Shown one piece after another: positions 49,158-58,599 of a stretch of DNA of 64,000 bases (positions are counted from its first letter, which is position 1; every line of letters starts with the position of its first letter). The stretch is from Gemmatimonadota bacterium (GTDB lineage Bacteria; Gemmatimonadota; Gemmatimonadetes; Gemmatimonadales; GWC2-71-9): contig JBDHKN010000003.1 in NCBI GenBank assembly GCA_039586365.1, positions 1 through 64,000 of the forward strand, given 5' to 3'. Position numbers and translations under genes: made by a program. The notes below the pieces were generated by a model that was given only the letters and a program-made list of their open reading frames with translations, searched no databases and was not told where the DNA came from.

Positions 49158-50426
49158 ATGCAGTCCGTTCAGTCCTTTGTTCCCGACGAGTGGCGTGGTG
49201 CGGTGAGCGTCCTCACGGCGCCAGTCAGCTGGATCCCTGAATGGCACGCAGCCATGATGAACTTCGCGTGGTTCGGCGACTCAACACCCGAGGTGCTGTT
49301 GAAGCGGGTGGTCATCCTGCTGCCTATGCTGCTGTTGTTGGCCGGCGTGTGGATCACTATGGCTGCGCTGTATACGGTCCCGTTCCGGTCCAATCGCGGC
49401 AACTTCGCCACAGCGATGCTCACCTCCTGGTGGGACGCGGGCCGTACAACCTGGTTCTACTGGGCGGGACTGGTGCAGATTGCGGTCGTTCTGGTCGGAT
49501 GGGCGTGGAGCCTCTTGCGGCTGGCGTTCAGTCTGGCTGCAGCGGCCATCAAGACCACCTTCCAATCCCCGCTGCGGGTGATGGACTGGACGTCGCGCAA
49601 CTACTTCAAGCCGGGCGTGCCGTGGGTTGCGTTCTTGGGGCTGTTGCTTTGGTCGGTGGTCGAAGCGCTCATCTTCATGTACACCCTGCAGCCCACTCTG
49701 ACTGAGGTACTGGCCGGCATTACCGGGTACGAGCCGGATCCGAGGCTACTGGCACCGCTTCTGTGGATCTTCCTCTTCTTCCTGGTGCTCGGGAGTTTCG
49801 CCTGTATCCACGCCTTGACCCAGGCGTTGCGTGAGAAAGACGTCGCGCTGATCGTCCAGATGTCGTTCGTCGAGGTGTTCGTCATGTTCTTCGAGGTGAT
49901 CTTCCTCTACCGCGAACTCATTGATGCCATAACACCATGGATTGCCCAGACGACCAACGAGCAGGTGCAACTCGGGCTGATCTCGACACTGCTACTGGCT
50001 TCGTTCGGTTGGGTAGGTGTGCGCGGGATGACCTGGTTCCTGTTTGGGCGCTACGGTACGCCGGCGCTGGTTGCGGTGCTGGCGCGGGACACGATCCGTC
50101 AGGAGGCTCCGCCGGCAGAAGCTCCGGCCGCTCCGGTGCCTGATCCCTGGAAGGCTTCCATGGCGGCTCTGAAAGCAGACACCGAGTACTTCAGGAAGGA
50201 GGGGCGCAGGGTTTTCGAGCTGATCTCGCTGCCGGTGCTGCAGCTCTTCGCCGCTGCCGTTAACTTCGCTGTGGTGCTGATCGGATCTCGCCAGATGTTC
50301 GCCTTGCCATTCAGGAGCATCGACGAGGTACTGGCCAAGACGCCTAAACTCGCCGGCACCAAGAGCGCCGCTACGTCGAGCCGCTCACAGTCGCGGGCTG
50401 AGCGCGAGGCGGGAGCGGCATCATGA
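49158..50426 (+). CDS. Uncharacterised multi-pass membrane protein
   Basis: GGGAGGAG RBS, several Trp/Phe-rich hydrophobic segments, ATGA overlap with the next gene. Confidence 0.8.
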   Translation: MQSVQSFVPDEWRGAVSVLTAPVSWIPEWHAAMMNFAWFGDSTPEVLLKRVVILLPMLLLLAGVWITMAALYTVPFRSNRGNFATAMLTSWWDAGRTTWFYWAGLVQIAVVLVGWAWSLLRLAFSLAAAAIKTTFQSPLRVMDWTSRNYFKPGVPWVAFLGLLLWSVVEALIFMYTLQPTLTEVLAGITGYEPDPRLLAPLLWIFLFFLVLGSFACIHALTQALREKDVALIVQMSFVEVFVMFFEVIFLYRELIDAITPWIAQTTNEQVQLGLISTLLLASFGWVGVRGMTWFLFGRYGTPALVAVLARDTIRQEAPPAEAPAAPVPDPWKASMAALKADTEYFRKEGRRVFELISLPVLQLFAAAVNFAVVLIGSRQMFALPFRSIDEVLAKTPKLAGTKSAATSSRSQSRAEREAGAAS

Positions 50427-51187
50427 GACGCATCAGACTTGCACCGTTCCTCGCCGCTCTCGTGATGCTAGCCTTCCTGTCCTGCGTCCGGGCTGAAGGC
50501 GGGAGGCAAGCCCGCTCGACTTTGGTCATCGGCATTGATGTCAGTGGATCATTCAGGGCGACCGGGAACTACGACAATGCCATCGACTTCACCGCTCATT
50601 ATCTGTACGGGCACCTGAGGGGTCTGGGTGAGCTGCGGGTGCCGTCGGCAGTGTTCGTGGGCTCCGTGGGTGGGGCGCGAGTAGGCGAACCTAAGTCGTT
50701 TCAGCCGATTCACGCGTTCCAGCAGAAGAGCGTCACGGAGATCGCGACGCAGCTGCGCGAGTTCTTCCCACCAGAAGATACGTTCACCGATTTCAACACG
50801 TTTTTCGAGCGCGTTGCCACACTAGTCAAGCGGCAGGGCCTGGTCTTGGCGCCGCTCGACGTGGTGCTATTGAGTGACGGAGTCCCCGACGCCACTGGTC
50901 GGAGTAGTGAAGCTACCACCGGCGCCTACAATGAGATCGATTTGGCGCCGCTGGAGTATCTGTCGCGCAGCGTCACCGTTCGCTTGCTGTACGGCTCGCC
51001 GACCGCATCAGTAGCCTGGGAGCGGGAGATAAAGCGACAGCGGGTGCGTATGTGGACCGTGGACGATCAGGTGATGGCCGGGTGGGCCAACCAGGTGCAG
51101 CCCGGACGCGATGTGGATGCTCAGGATGATCTCTGGGCGTGGATCAACGACAACGTCGACTTTCGAGTACGGAGTAGACGGCTGTAG
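50423..51187 (+). CDS. vWA-like (MIDAS) domain lipoprotein
   Basis: Lipobox FLSC, LVIGIDVSGSF (DxSxS), TDF, VVLLSDG.PD. Confidence 0.78.
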   Translation: MRRIRLAPFLAALVMLAFLSCVRAEGGRQARSTLVIGIDVSGSFRATGNYDNAIDFTAHYLYGHLRGLGELRVPSAVFVGSVGGARVGEPKSFQPIHAFQQKSVTEIATQLREFFPPEDTFTDFNTFFERVATLVKRQGLVLAPLDVVLLSDGVPDATGRSSEATTGAYNEIDLAPLEYLSRSVTVRLLYGSPTASVAWEREIKRQRVRMWTVDDQVMAGWANQVQPGRDVDAQDDLWAWINDNVDFRVRSRRL

Positions 51188-51253
51188 GATTCTGGTTGGA
51201 GAGCGTGTGAGGATCTTCTTCCACACTTCTCTGGGTAAGACTCCAGGTTCCAA

Positions 51254-52846
51254 ATGACGTATCGACACCTCCGCAAAACCGCGCTTGTCGCGAGTAGCAT
51301 CCTTGGACTTGGGCTCGCTGCGGGAGCTGCACCTGCTACGGCTACGCAGCAGGCGCAACTGCTCGACCCGGTCTCTTACACCGTGACCATCGCTTCACCC
51401 GCAACACACCTCGTGCAGGTGGAAGCGCTGATCCGTACGGAGGGGCGCGGTTCCGTGGAGCTGGTGATGCCCGTGTGGTCCCCAGGCTTCTACCGGGTCG
51501 AGGACTACGCCGCGCATGTAGAGGGATTGGCGGCGCGCTCACCTGATGGAACGGAGCTGGCCGTTGAGCGTCTCCGGCCCAATCGGTGGATTGTGCACGC
51601 TGGCAGCCGGTCCATTGTGGCGGTGTCGTACGCGGTGGTGTGCGAGCAGCGATCAGTCACCACGAATTGGGTGGGCGACAGCCTGGCGGTCCTCAATGGT
51701 GCAGCGATGTTCGTTACTCTGGTCGAGCCAACGCAGCGCCCCCACGACGTGCGCCTGGTCCTGCCCGCAGGGTGGACGGCGATGACGGCGCTAGACTCAG
51801 TCCCCGACCAGCGACCGTTCCACTACCGCGCGCCCGATTACGACGTGCTCGTCGACTCACCGATCCTGGCCGGTGTGCTGTCGGTTCATCAGTTCGACGT
51901 GGACGGCAGGACACACTACCTCGTGGACGCCGGGGATCACCACGAGTGGGATGGCGCGCGCGCGGCGCAGGACCTCGCTCGCATTGTAGCTGCCCACCGC
52001 CGCATGTGGGGCTTCCTACCGTACGAGCGGTATTACTTCCTGAACGTGTTTCGCAGCGGTGGGGGCGGTCTCGAGCACGCCAATTCGACGCTGCTCACGA
52101 CGAACGCTACGCGGGTGGCGACGCCGGCGGGCTATCGCTCGTGGCTGGAGTTCGTGAGCCATGAGTACTTTCACGCCTTCAACGTCAAGCGGCTGCGTCC
52201 AGTGGAACTCGGCCCGTTTGATTACGAGCAGCCGCCGCGAACCACCAGTCTGTGGATGGCCGAGGGGTTCACATCGTACTACGGCGACCTCGCGCTTCCG
52301 CGCGCGGGAATCGGTGACATCGACGCCTATCTCATTTCTCTATCAGCTGCGATCCGGCAGCTTCAGGGTCAACCGGGCCGCCACGTGCAAACGGTGGAGC
52401 AGTCATCTCGCGAGGTGTGGAACAACAGCTTCTCCGGTATCAACCCCGACTCGATGACCGTGAGCTACTATGTCAAGGGCCAGATCATCGGTTTTTTGCT
52501 CGACGCCCGTGTGCGGCACGCGACCGATGGCAGCAAGAGCCTAGATGACGTAATGCGGCTCGCGTATAGCCGCTATTCCGGACCACGTGGCTTCACGCCC
52601 GAGCAGTTCAGGGAGACAGCGGCGGAGGTGGCGGGAACTGACCTCAGCGAGTGGTTCCGGCGTGCAATCGCGTCTACCGAGGAGCTGGACTATTCCGAGG
52701 CGCTCGACTGGTTCGGCTTGCGGTTCACCGCTGACGAGGATGCGGTGACACAGTGGACGTTGGAGGTGCGACCGGCTGCGTCGGAGGCCCAGCTACGGAA
52801 TCTAAGCGACTGGCTCAGAGGTGAGGGTAATCCCGGTCTTGAGTGA
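51254..52846 (+). CDS. M61 family (glycyl aminopeptidase-like) metallopeptidase, no PDZ domain
   Basis: MPVWSPG.Y, LVDSPI, GGGLEH.NS, SHEYFHA.NVKRLRP, LWMAEGFTSYY, SYYVKG. Confidence 0.92.
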   Translation: MTYRHLRKTALVASSILGLGLAAGAAPATATQQAQLLDPVSYTVTIASPATHLVQVEALIRTEGRGSVELVMPVWSPGFYRVEDYAAHVEGLAARSPDGTELAVERLRPNRWIVHAGSRSIVAVSYAVVCEQRSVTTNWVGDSLAVLNGAAMFVTLVEPTQRPHDVRLVLPAGWTAMTALDSVPDQRPFHYRAPDYDVLVDSPILAGVLSVHQFDVDGRTHYLVDAGDHHEWDGARAAQDLARIVAAHRRMWGFLPYERYYFLNVFRSGGGGLEHANSTLLTTNATRVATPAGYRSWLEFVSHEYFHAFNVKRLRPVELGPFDYEQPPRTTSLWMAEGFTSYYGDLALPRAGIGDIDAYLISLSAAIRQLQGQPGRHVQTVEQSSREVWNNSFSGINPDSMTVSYYVKGQIIGFLLDARVRHATDGSKSLDDVMRLAYSRYSGPRGFTPEQFRETAAEVAGTDLSEWFRRAIASTEELDYSEALDWFGLRFTADEDAVTQWTLEVRPAASEAQLRNLSDWLRGEGNPGLE

Positions 52847-52891
52847 GATAAAGCCATCTAGATCGTAGCCCGGCGAGCGGCGTCCCTGCCA

Positions 52892-52996
52892 GAACTCCGC
52901 GAGTTACCGACCAGTGCCGTAACCACCCGCTATGACAACGGACTGAAACACTAAACCGGCAAGGAAATACCTCTTGAACCGAGAGGCCTGGGACAT
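52892..52996 (-). pseudogene. N-terminal remnant of a YkvI-like membrane protein
   Basis: MSQASRFKRYFLAGLVFQSVVIAGGYGTGR-TAA-LAEF. The family motif GGYGTGRE..EF has a stop at the Glu codon, and similarity then ends. Confidence 0.7.
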
Positions 52997-53287
52997 GTCT
53001 CTGGGTCCGCTATGTCGCTGGATGAATTGACGCCAATTGTCGCCCGCGACCCTGACGCTGTCCGGAGTGTGCCGGAACTGCGCCGTGCTGCAAATCCAAC
53101 GGCCGGCGTCGACTCGACTGGCTTGTCTCTGATCTAGACCGCATGTTTGGCGTTGATCTTCCGCGGCCTCGGACTTTCGCATATGAACGCGGATCGGCGG
53201 CTGACGCGGGATAGCTGGCGTGACCAATCAGCCGGTATCTCGGCAACGACAACCCGGAGTGCTTGGCAACAGCGCAGCAGATCACGC

Positions 53288-54649
53288 ATGAGTGAGCGGG
53301 AGCAAGTTCAAGAGTATCCCCTGGCAGAGGCGGTTCCGCCCGAGAGACTCCAGGCTGAGACTGCCGAACTGGCACGGCTCCAACAGGCCTCGGTGTGGAC
53401 GAGGGCGTGGGGATATCTCAAGCTGGGTGGCCCCGGCTACCTGGATGCAGCGACGACACTGGGTGCGGGTACACTTACCGCAGCAATGCTGTCGGGTGCA
53501 GCCTTCGGCTACAAGACCATGTGGGTGCTGTGGGTGTCGATGGGATTGGGCATGTTCATGATGGCAGCGTGTGCGCGGTTTACCTGTCGTGGTGGCTTCC
53601 GCGTCATCGTGGAGCAGAATCGGTATCATGGCGTGATCGTGGGGTCGCTGATGACCGGTTTGATCGGTACAGCGGCTGTGGCAGTCATCTTCAACTACGG
53701 CCAGTACAGCATCGGCACTCATTTGATCGAGTCCCTCGCTCCGATGCTGGGGTTCGATTTCCCGCGCCAGATCAACTGGGTGCTTTTCATGGCTGTAACG
53801 AGCTATTTGACCTTGAGCTACGGACGAGGAAGCCGGGGCATCACCGTCGTCGAGAGCTTCATGAAGCTCGCCATAGCCACGATGTTGATCTGTTTCGGAA
53901 TCTGCCTGGCCCTGGTAGGTGTGGATTGGGTGGGGCTGGTGCGCGGGATATTCGTCCCCTGGCTTCCTTCCGGCGTTGAAGGCGTCGACCTTTTTGTCGC
54001 GTCTTCTGCGGCTGCCATCGGAGTGATGGACTGGATTCTGTTTCAATACGCGGGACTGGCTCGCGGTTGGGGACGGAAGCACGAGACACTGGCCCGGTTC
54101 GACATTGTGTTTGGACTGTTCCTGCCGTTCGTTCTCGTCAACTACCTGGTGATAGCTGTGTTTGCTGGCACTCTACACAAAGTGGGGCTCTCGCCGGAGA
54201 CAGCACCGGAACTCGCGAGGGCGCTCGCACCGCTGCTCGGCCCCACTTGGTCACAGGCTCTGTTCTATGTCGCTTTCCTCGCCGTACCGGTTACCACTAC
54301 TGTCGGGATGAGTATCGCAGCCGCGATCGCGATCCATGAAGCGTTGGGTTGGAAGCCCGACACCCGCTCCTTGCGTTGGAAGGTGAGTGCATTGCTGCCG
54401 CAAGTCGGGTTTCTGGCGGTGTGGTACCCTCGACCGATATGGTTGGTAGTGGCCATCGCTGCGTTCTTGTCTCTGTCAAACAATATTGTCGGCTGGTCAT
54501 TCTACCTGTTGCTCAACGACCGCCGCGTGCTGGGTGAAGATCGGAGCAAGTCCTACGTGTGGAACCTCGGCACCATGCTCCTGCTCACTCTGCTCAACTG
54601 TGTAGCCATCATATACGTCTTCAACCGCCTAGGTTGGTGGGTCAGATGA
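53288..54649 (+). CDS. NRAMP-like (APC superfamily) transporter
   Basis: KLGGPGY..AA.TLGAGT....MLSGA.FGY..MW and many TM segments. The canonical DPGN motif is absent. Confidence 0.8.
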   Translation: MSEREQVQEYPLAEAVPPERLQAETAELARLQQASVWTRAWGYLKLGGPGYLDAATTLGAGTLTAAMLSGAAFGYKTMWVLWVSMGLGMFMMAACARFTCRGGFRVIVEQNRYHGVIVGSLMTGLIGTAAVAVIFNYGQYSIGTHLIESLAPMLGFDFPRQINWVLFMAVTSYLTLSYGRGSRGITVVESFMKLAIATMLICFGICLALVGVDWVGLVRGIFVPWLPSGVEGVDLFVASSAAAIGVMDWILFQYAGLARGWGRKHETLARFDIVFGLFLPFVLVNYLVIAVFAGTLHKVGLSPETAPELARALAPLLGPTWSQALFYVAFLAVPVTTTVGMSIAAAIAIHEALGWKPDTRSLRWKVSALLPQVGFLAVWYPRPIWLVVAIAAFLSLSNNIVGWSFYLLLNDRRVLGEDRSKSYVWNLGTMLLLTLLNCVAIIYVFNRLGWWVR

Positions 54650-54840
54650 TCAATTTGGACCATCGCTACGGACCGTGGTCGGGCCGGGTGTGGGGCCTCA
54701 TTGTGAACCTTGCTGCTAACGCGCTCGCGCTGTACGGTCTGGCGGGCTACCTTCGCGACGGTGGCCGTCTACTACATCTCGTCATCGGCCTCGCGGTCAC
54801 GGTCGGTTGCATCCTCCTCCTCGCGAGACCGAGCCAATAG
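54646..54840 (+). CDS. Small two-TM membrane protein (64 aa)
   Basis: ATGA overlap with the transporter stop. MINLDHRYGPWSGRVWGLIVN... with two hydrophobic helices. Confidence 0.7.
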   Translation: MINLDHRYGPWSGRVWGLIVNLAANALALYGLAGYLRDGGRLLHLVIGLAVTVGCILLLARPSQ

Positions 54841-54857
54841 CTGTCCCGGAGACGACA

Positions 54858-55730
54858 ATGGGCTCCAAGACAAAACTGCAGTACGCATTCACGGAGTACT
54901 CGAGCAACGACCTCATGGAATTGGAGCCTGAGGTGCTCGGGGGCATCCTGCGCGAGCGAGTGCATCATATGATCGAAGTACCCCTCTACCCGACACTGCT
55001 CAGATGGAAGGGTAGATCGATCCCCAACTTTGGTGAGCAAGCTCAGTTGGTGTTCGACGTGTGGAGGGAGCGGGGATTATCCGACGACACACCCGACATG
55101 GATTGGGTGAAGCTTCACCTGTCCATCGCCGAAAAGATCCGGGCCGGGGAGAAACCTGAGATTGACGAGCCACTTCCGGAACCGTTTAGCGAAGATGAAA
55201 TGAAGGTGGTTCGCAAATTGATCTGGCAAAGGCGATCGATTCGAGATTGGATCGACAAGCCCATACCGGAGGAGCTGATCGAGCAAATCTTGGAGGCTGG
55301 CAGAGCAGCGCCCATCGGCTGCAACCTGGGTCATCTTCGTTTCGTGGTACTGACGGATCCGGCAGAGAAGGCGCTGCTCTGGAGCGACATCTCGACCAAG
55401 AACGCAGCAGCCATCATCGTGATCTGTCACGACAACCGGGTGGCTCCGGCCGTGTGTCAGGATCAGCTGGTGCCGCAGAACCCGGGATTCGATGCCGCTG
55501 CGGCGGCTGACCACATGTTGCTCATGGCACACGCTCTTGGGTTGGGAGGGGTTTGGTTGTCTGAGTTGAAGCAGACGAGCAAGACGGCTGACACCGGAGA
55601 GGAATTCAAGCAGAGATATGGACTTCCCGACTATCTCGAGGTCGACGTTCACATTGCCGTGGGTTGGGCCGCAATTGGTAGCATCAAAGCGGCCAGACCG
55701 CCGCTCGAGGAAATGGTGATCCGCCGCTGA
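54858..55730 (+). CDS. Nitroreductase family protein with N-terminal extension
   Basis: RRSIRDW.DKPIPEE.IEQILEAG..AP..CN, LLMAHALGLGGVW. Confidence 0.88.
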   Translation: MGSKTKLQYAFTEYSSNDLMELEPEVLGGILRERVHHMIEVPLYPTLLRWKGRSIPNFGEQAQLVFDVWRERGLSDDTPDMDWVKLHLSIAEKIRAGEKPEIDEPLPEPFSEDEMKVVRKLIWQRRSIRDWIDKPIPEELIEQILEAGRAAPIGCNLGHLRFVVLTDPAEKALLWSDISTKNAAAIIVICHDNRVAPAVCQDQLVPQNPGFDAAAAADHMLLMAHALGLGGVWLSELKQTSKTADTGEEFKQRYGLPDYLEVDVHIAVGWAAIGSIKAARPPLEEMVIRR

Positions 55731-55739
55731 GGGAGAACA

Positions 55740-56291
55740 ATGAACTCACAATTTATCCCTATCGAAGAGGCCAAACAGCAGGTAGCTCTCGCCTGCCGGC
55801 GACTAGGGTTACTCCATCTCGCCTTCGCAGAGGTCCTAGTTGCCCAGCTGGGTGCCGCTGAAGGCAGGAGAATGGTGGCCCGGGCCATAAAGGAATACAG
55901 CCGTTTGATCGGCGAAAAGAAGAAGGAGCTGGCGGGAGAGAAGCTACTGGACCTCAGTCAGGATAGCTTCTTGGAGCTCTCGGACCTCCCCAGTTTTGGC
56001 ATGCATGACGGCATCGAGCAGGTGGAAGTCGCCGGTGAAAAGAGGATCAGGGCTCACGGTTGCGTGATGGGTGAGGTGTGGAACGAATACGGTGGGGGTG
56101 AGCTGGGACGCTTCTACTGCCTGGTCGATCCAGCCAGCTCCATGGCATTCAATCCCGAATTCAAGTTGATTCACACAAAGTCACTACCGGACGGCGACCC
56201 CTACTGTGAGTTGGTCATGAGACCGACCACTGAGCAAGACAGAAGGGAGTTTGCCTCCGACGATACCGACTGGGACATCATAGAAGGGTAG
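55740..56291 (+). CDS. L-2-amino-thiazoline-4-carboxylate hydrolase-like (V4R-related) protein
   Basis: G..EG..MV..AI..Y, C.M..VW..YG..ELG.FYC.VD.....FNP...L.H.KSL.DGD.YCE. Confidence 0.75.
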   Translation: MNSQFIPIEEAKQQVALACRRLGLLHLAFAEVLVAQLGAAEGRRMVARAIKEYSRLIGEKKKELAGEKLLDLSQDSFLELSDLPSFGMHDGIEQVEVAGEKRIRAHGCVMGEVWNEYGGGELGRFYCLVDPASSMAFNPEFKLIHTKSLPDGDPYCELVMRPTTEQDRREFASDDTDWDIIEG

Positions 56292-56419
56292 TGCAGTAGC
56301 TCTGAAGCCGGTCGGGTAGCGTCCTACACGAAGTTGCGGGTCGGGTCGATTGCTCAACTGGCACACAGCTGAGGTGCACGCACATTGCCGCGTTGGTTTG
56401 TTGCATGAGGAGGCTGCAT

Positions 56420-56836
56420 ATGACGAAGCCAAAGACTACTCCAACCGCAGCCAGCGTAGAGGCTTTCCTGAATGCGATAGCCGATGATGCGAGACGCCAT
56501 GATTGTCTCGCCATCCTGGAGATCATGAAGCGGGCAACTGCTGCCGAGCCAAAGATGTGGGGTCCCAGTATCGTCGGGTTTGGCAGTTATCACTACAAGT
56601 ATGAGAGTGGTCGTGAAGGCGATTGGTTCCTGACCGGTTTCTCTCCTCGCAAGACGGACTTGACTCTCTACATAATGGCTGGTTTCAAACGCTATGATGT
56701 TCTGATGGACAAGCTGGGGAAGTACAAGACGGGCAAGTCCTGCTTGTACATCAAGCGACTGTCCGACATTGATGTTGAGGTGCTCACCAATCTCATCCAG
56801 CAGTCTGTCGCTCACATGCGACGCGTCCATCAGTAG
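56420..56836 (+). CDS. DUF1801 (YdhG-like) protein
   Basis: KT.PT.ASVE.FL, PKMWGPSIVGFGSYHYKYESGREGD, LGKYKTGKSCLYIKRL.D. Confidence 0.92.
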   Translation: MTKPKTTPTAASVEAFLNAIADDARRHDCLAILEIMKRATAAEPKMWGPSIVGFGSYHYKYESGREGDWFLTGFSPRKTDLTLYIMAGFKRYDVLMDKLGKYKTGKSCLYIKRLSDIDVEVLTNLIQQSVAHMRRVHQ

Positions 56837-56879
56837 GCAGTGGCACTGGCAGCAAGCATCAAATGAAGGAGCCAAGATA

Positions 56880-58529
56880 ATGAGACTCGTGCGTTTACTG
56901 CTCGTCGTCCCGATCGGGTTGCTCACGACTACGCCGCCTGCTGCCAGCCAGGCAGCGGCCGACGCCAACCTCCAAGTTGATCGCATCTTCCAGCGCTGGG
57001 ATTCGGTCGATAGCCCGGGCTGTGCGGTGGGCGTGGCGCAGCATGGATTGGTTGTGTTGTCCCGAGCTTATGGGATGGCCGATCTGGAGCACAACATCCC
57101 GAACACCCCCAACACGATCTTCGAGGGCGGGTCGCTTTCGAAACAGTTCACGGCTGCAGCCATCATGCTGCTCGCTCTCGAAGGCAAGCTCTCCCTCGAC
57201 GACGATGTGCGTAAGTATGTCCCGGAGGTTCCCGACTACGATGCGACTATCACACTCCGGCACCTGCTGACTCATACCAGCGGGCTGCGTGACTGGGGCA
57301 GTGTCGCGGAGATCTCTGGTTGGGGGCGGCAGAGCCGGACCCACAATCATGCGCATGTGCTGGATATCGTGAGTCGCCAGAGCGCGCTCAACTTTCCGCC
57401 GGGTCACGAGTATTCGTACTGCAACACCGGTTACAATCTGCTTGCGATCATCGTGGGCCGAGTCAGTGGTATGTCGTTCGCCGAGTTTTCGAAGCAACGC
57501 ATCTTCGAACCGCTCGGCATGGCGAACACGCAGTGGCGGGACGACTACACACGCATTGTGAAACGACGCAGTACAGCGTATGCGGTGAGAGATACGAACG
57601 TTTCCATTATGCGGCCGATCGAAGACGTTCATGGCAATGGAGGTATCCTCACGACGGTGGGTGACCTGCTCATCTGGAATGAAGCACTCACGGACGGACG
57701 CTTGGGTGGTCCCGAGTTCCTCCGACTGCTGCACGACCGGGGCCGGCTAAACGACGGCCGCCGAATCAGCTACGCTGCAGGACTCGTAGTGCAACCGTTC
57801 GCGGGAGTACCGTCAATCACGCACACCGGCTCGACGTCCGGGTACCGGGCTTTCCTGGGACGCTATCCGGAGCAGGGTCTGTCCGTCGCCATGCTGTGCA
57901 ACGCATCGAACGTCAGCACAAGCGGGGCCGGTGGGCTCATCGCACAGGTTTTCCTGGGTGATGCTGCGCAGGATCCGGTAATGCCAGAAACAGTCGCCCT
58001 GTCAGTAGAGGCGTTGTCACGGCTGGCCGGGCTATACCGTGATACGCAGACTGGTGATCCAATGCGCCTGGCGTTGGAGGACGGCCGGCTGCAGATGGAT
58101 GGTAGGGTCCCGCTGTTGCCGCTGTCGCAAGCTGAGTTCCAGGTTGGATTCGGCGATCGCCGCTTCGTATTTCAGGCGGGCCGCGGGAGTCAGCCCAGCA
58201 TATTGGTGCTGTCGGGCGAGTTCGAGGACGGCACATATGAACAGGTAGAGGAGTTTCACCCGGCTGTTGCGGACCTGCGCGCCTACGAAGGTGAATACTA
58301 CAGCAACGATGCCGAGACCCTGTTCACTGTGGTGGTCGAGAACGATAGCCTCATTGTACGGCGCAGACCGGATGATACGTTCCACCTCTCACCTGTATAC
58401 CGTGACGGCTTCGACGCTGCACGATTAGGGCTCATTCGCTTTGAACGCGACGGTACGGGTGACGTCATCGAGCTCCGGCTACGTGAGTCGCGGGTCTACG
58501 ACATGCGGTTCCAGCGCGTGGAACGCTAG
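56880..58529 (+). CDS. Serine hydrolase, beta-lactamase family, with C-terminal domains
   Basis: GSLSKQF (SxxK), LLTHTSGLRD, YCNTGY, HTGST.GYRA. Signal peptide. Confidence 0.92.
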   Translation: MRLVRLLLVVPIGLLTTTPPAASQAAADANLQVDRIFQRWDSVDSPGCAVGVAQHGLVVLSRAYGMADLEHNIPNTPNTIFEGGSLSKQFTAAAIMLLALEGKLSLDDDVRKYVPEVPDYDATITLRHLLTHTSGLRDWGSVAEISGWGRQSRTHNHAHVLDIVSRQSALNFPPGHEYSYCNTGYNLLAIIVGRVSGMSFAEFSKQRIFEPLGMANTQWRDDYTRIVKRRSTAYAVRDTNVSIMRPIEDVHGNGGILTTVGDLLIWNEALTDGRLGGPEFLRLLHDRGRLNDGRRISYAAGLVVQPFAGVPSITHTGSTSGYRAFLGRYPEQGLSVAMLCNASNVSTSGAGGLIAQVFLGDAAQDPVMPETVALSVEALSRLAGLYRDTQTGDPMRLALEDGRLQMDGRVPLLPLSQAEFQVGFGDRRFVFQAGRGSQPSILVLSGEFEDGTYEQVEEFHPAVADLRAYEGEYYSNDAETLFTVVVENDSLIVRRRPDDTFHLSPVYRDGFDAARLGLIRFERDGTGDVIELRLRESRVYDMRFQRVER

Positions 58530-58599
58530 TGTCGGCCAACCAGGTGCCAGCAGGGCTAAGTCGCGCGATCCAGCATCCCCAGCTTGAGGAGGAGTCTGC

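Noticed and set aside
52904..52906. Stop-codon recoding in the YkvI-like fragment
   Set aside because: The stop is TAA and similarity ends four codons later, so this is ordinary decay.
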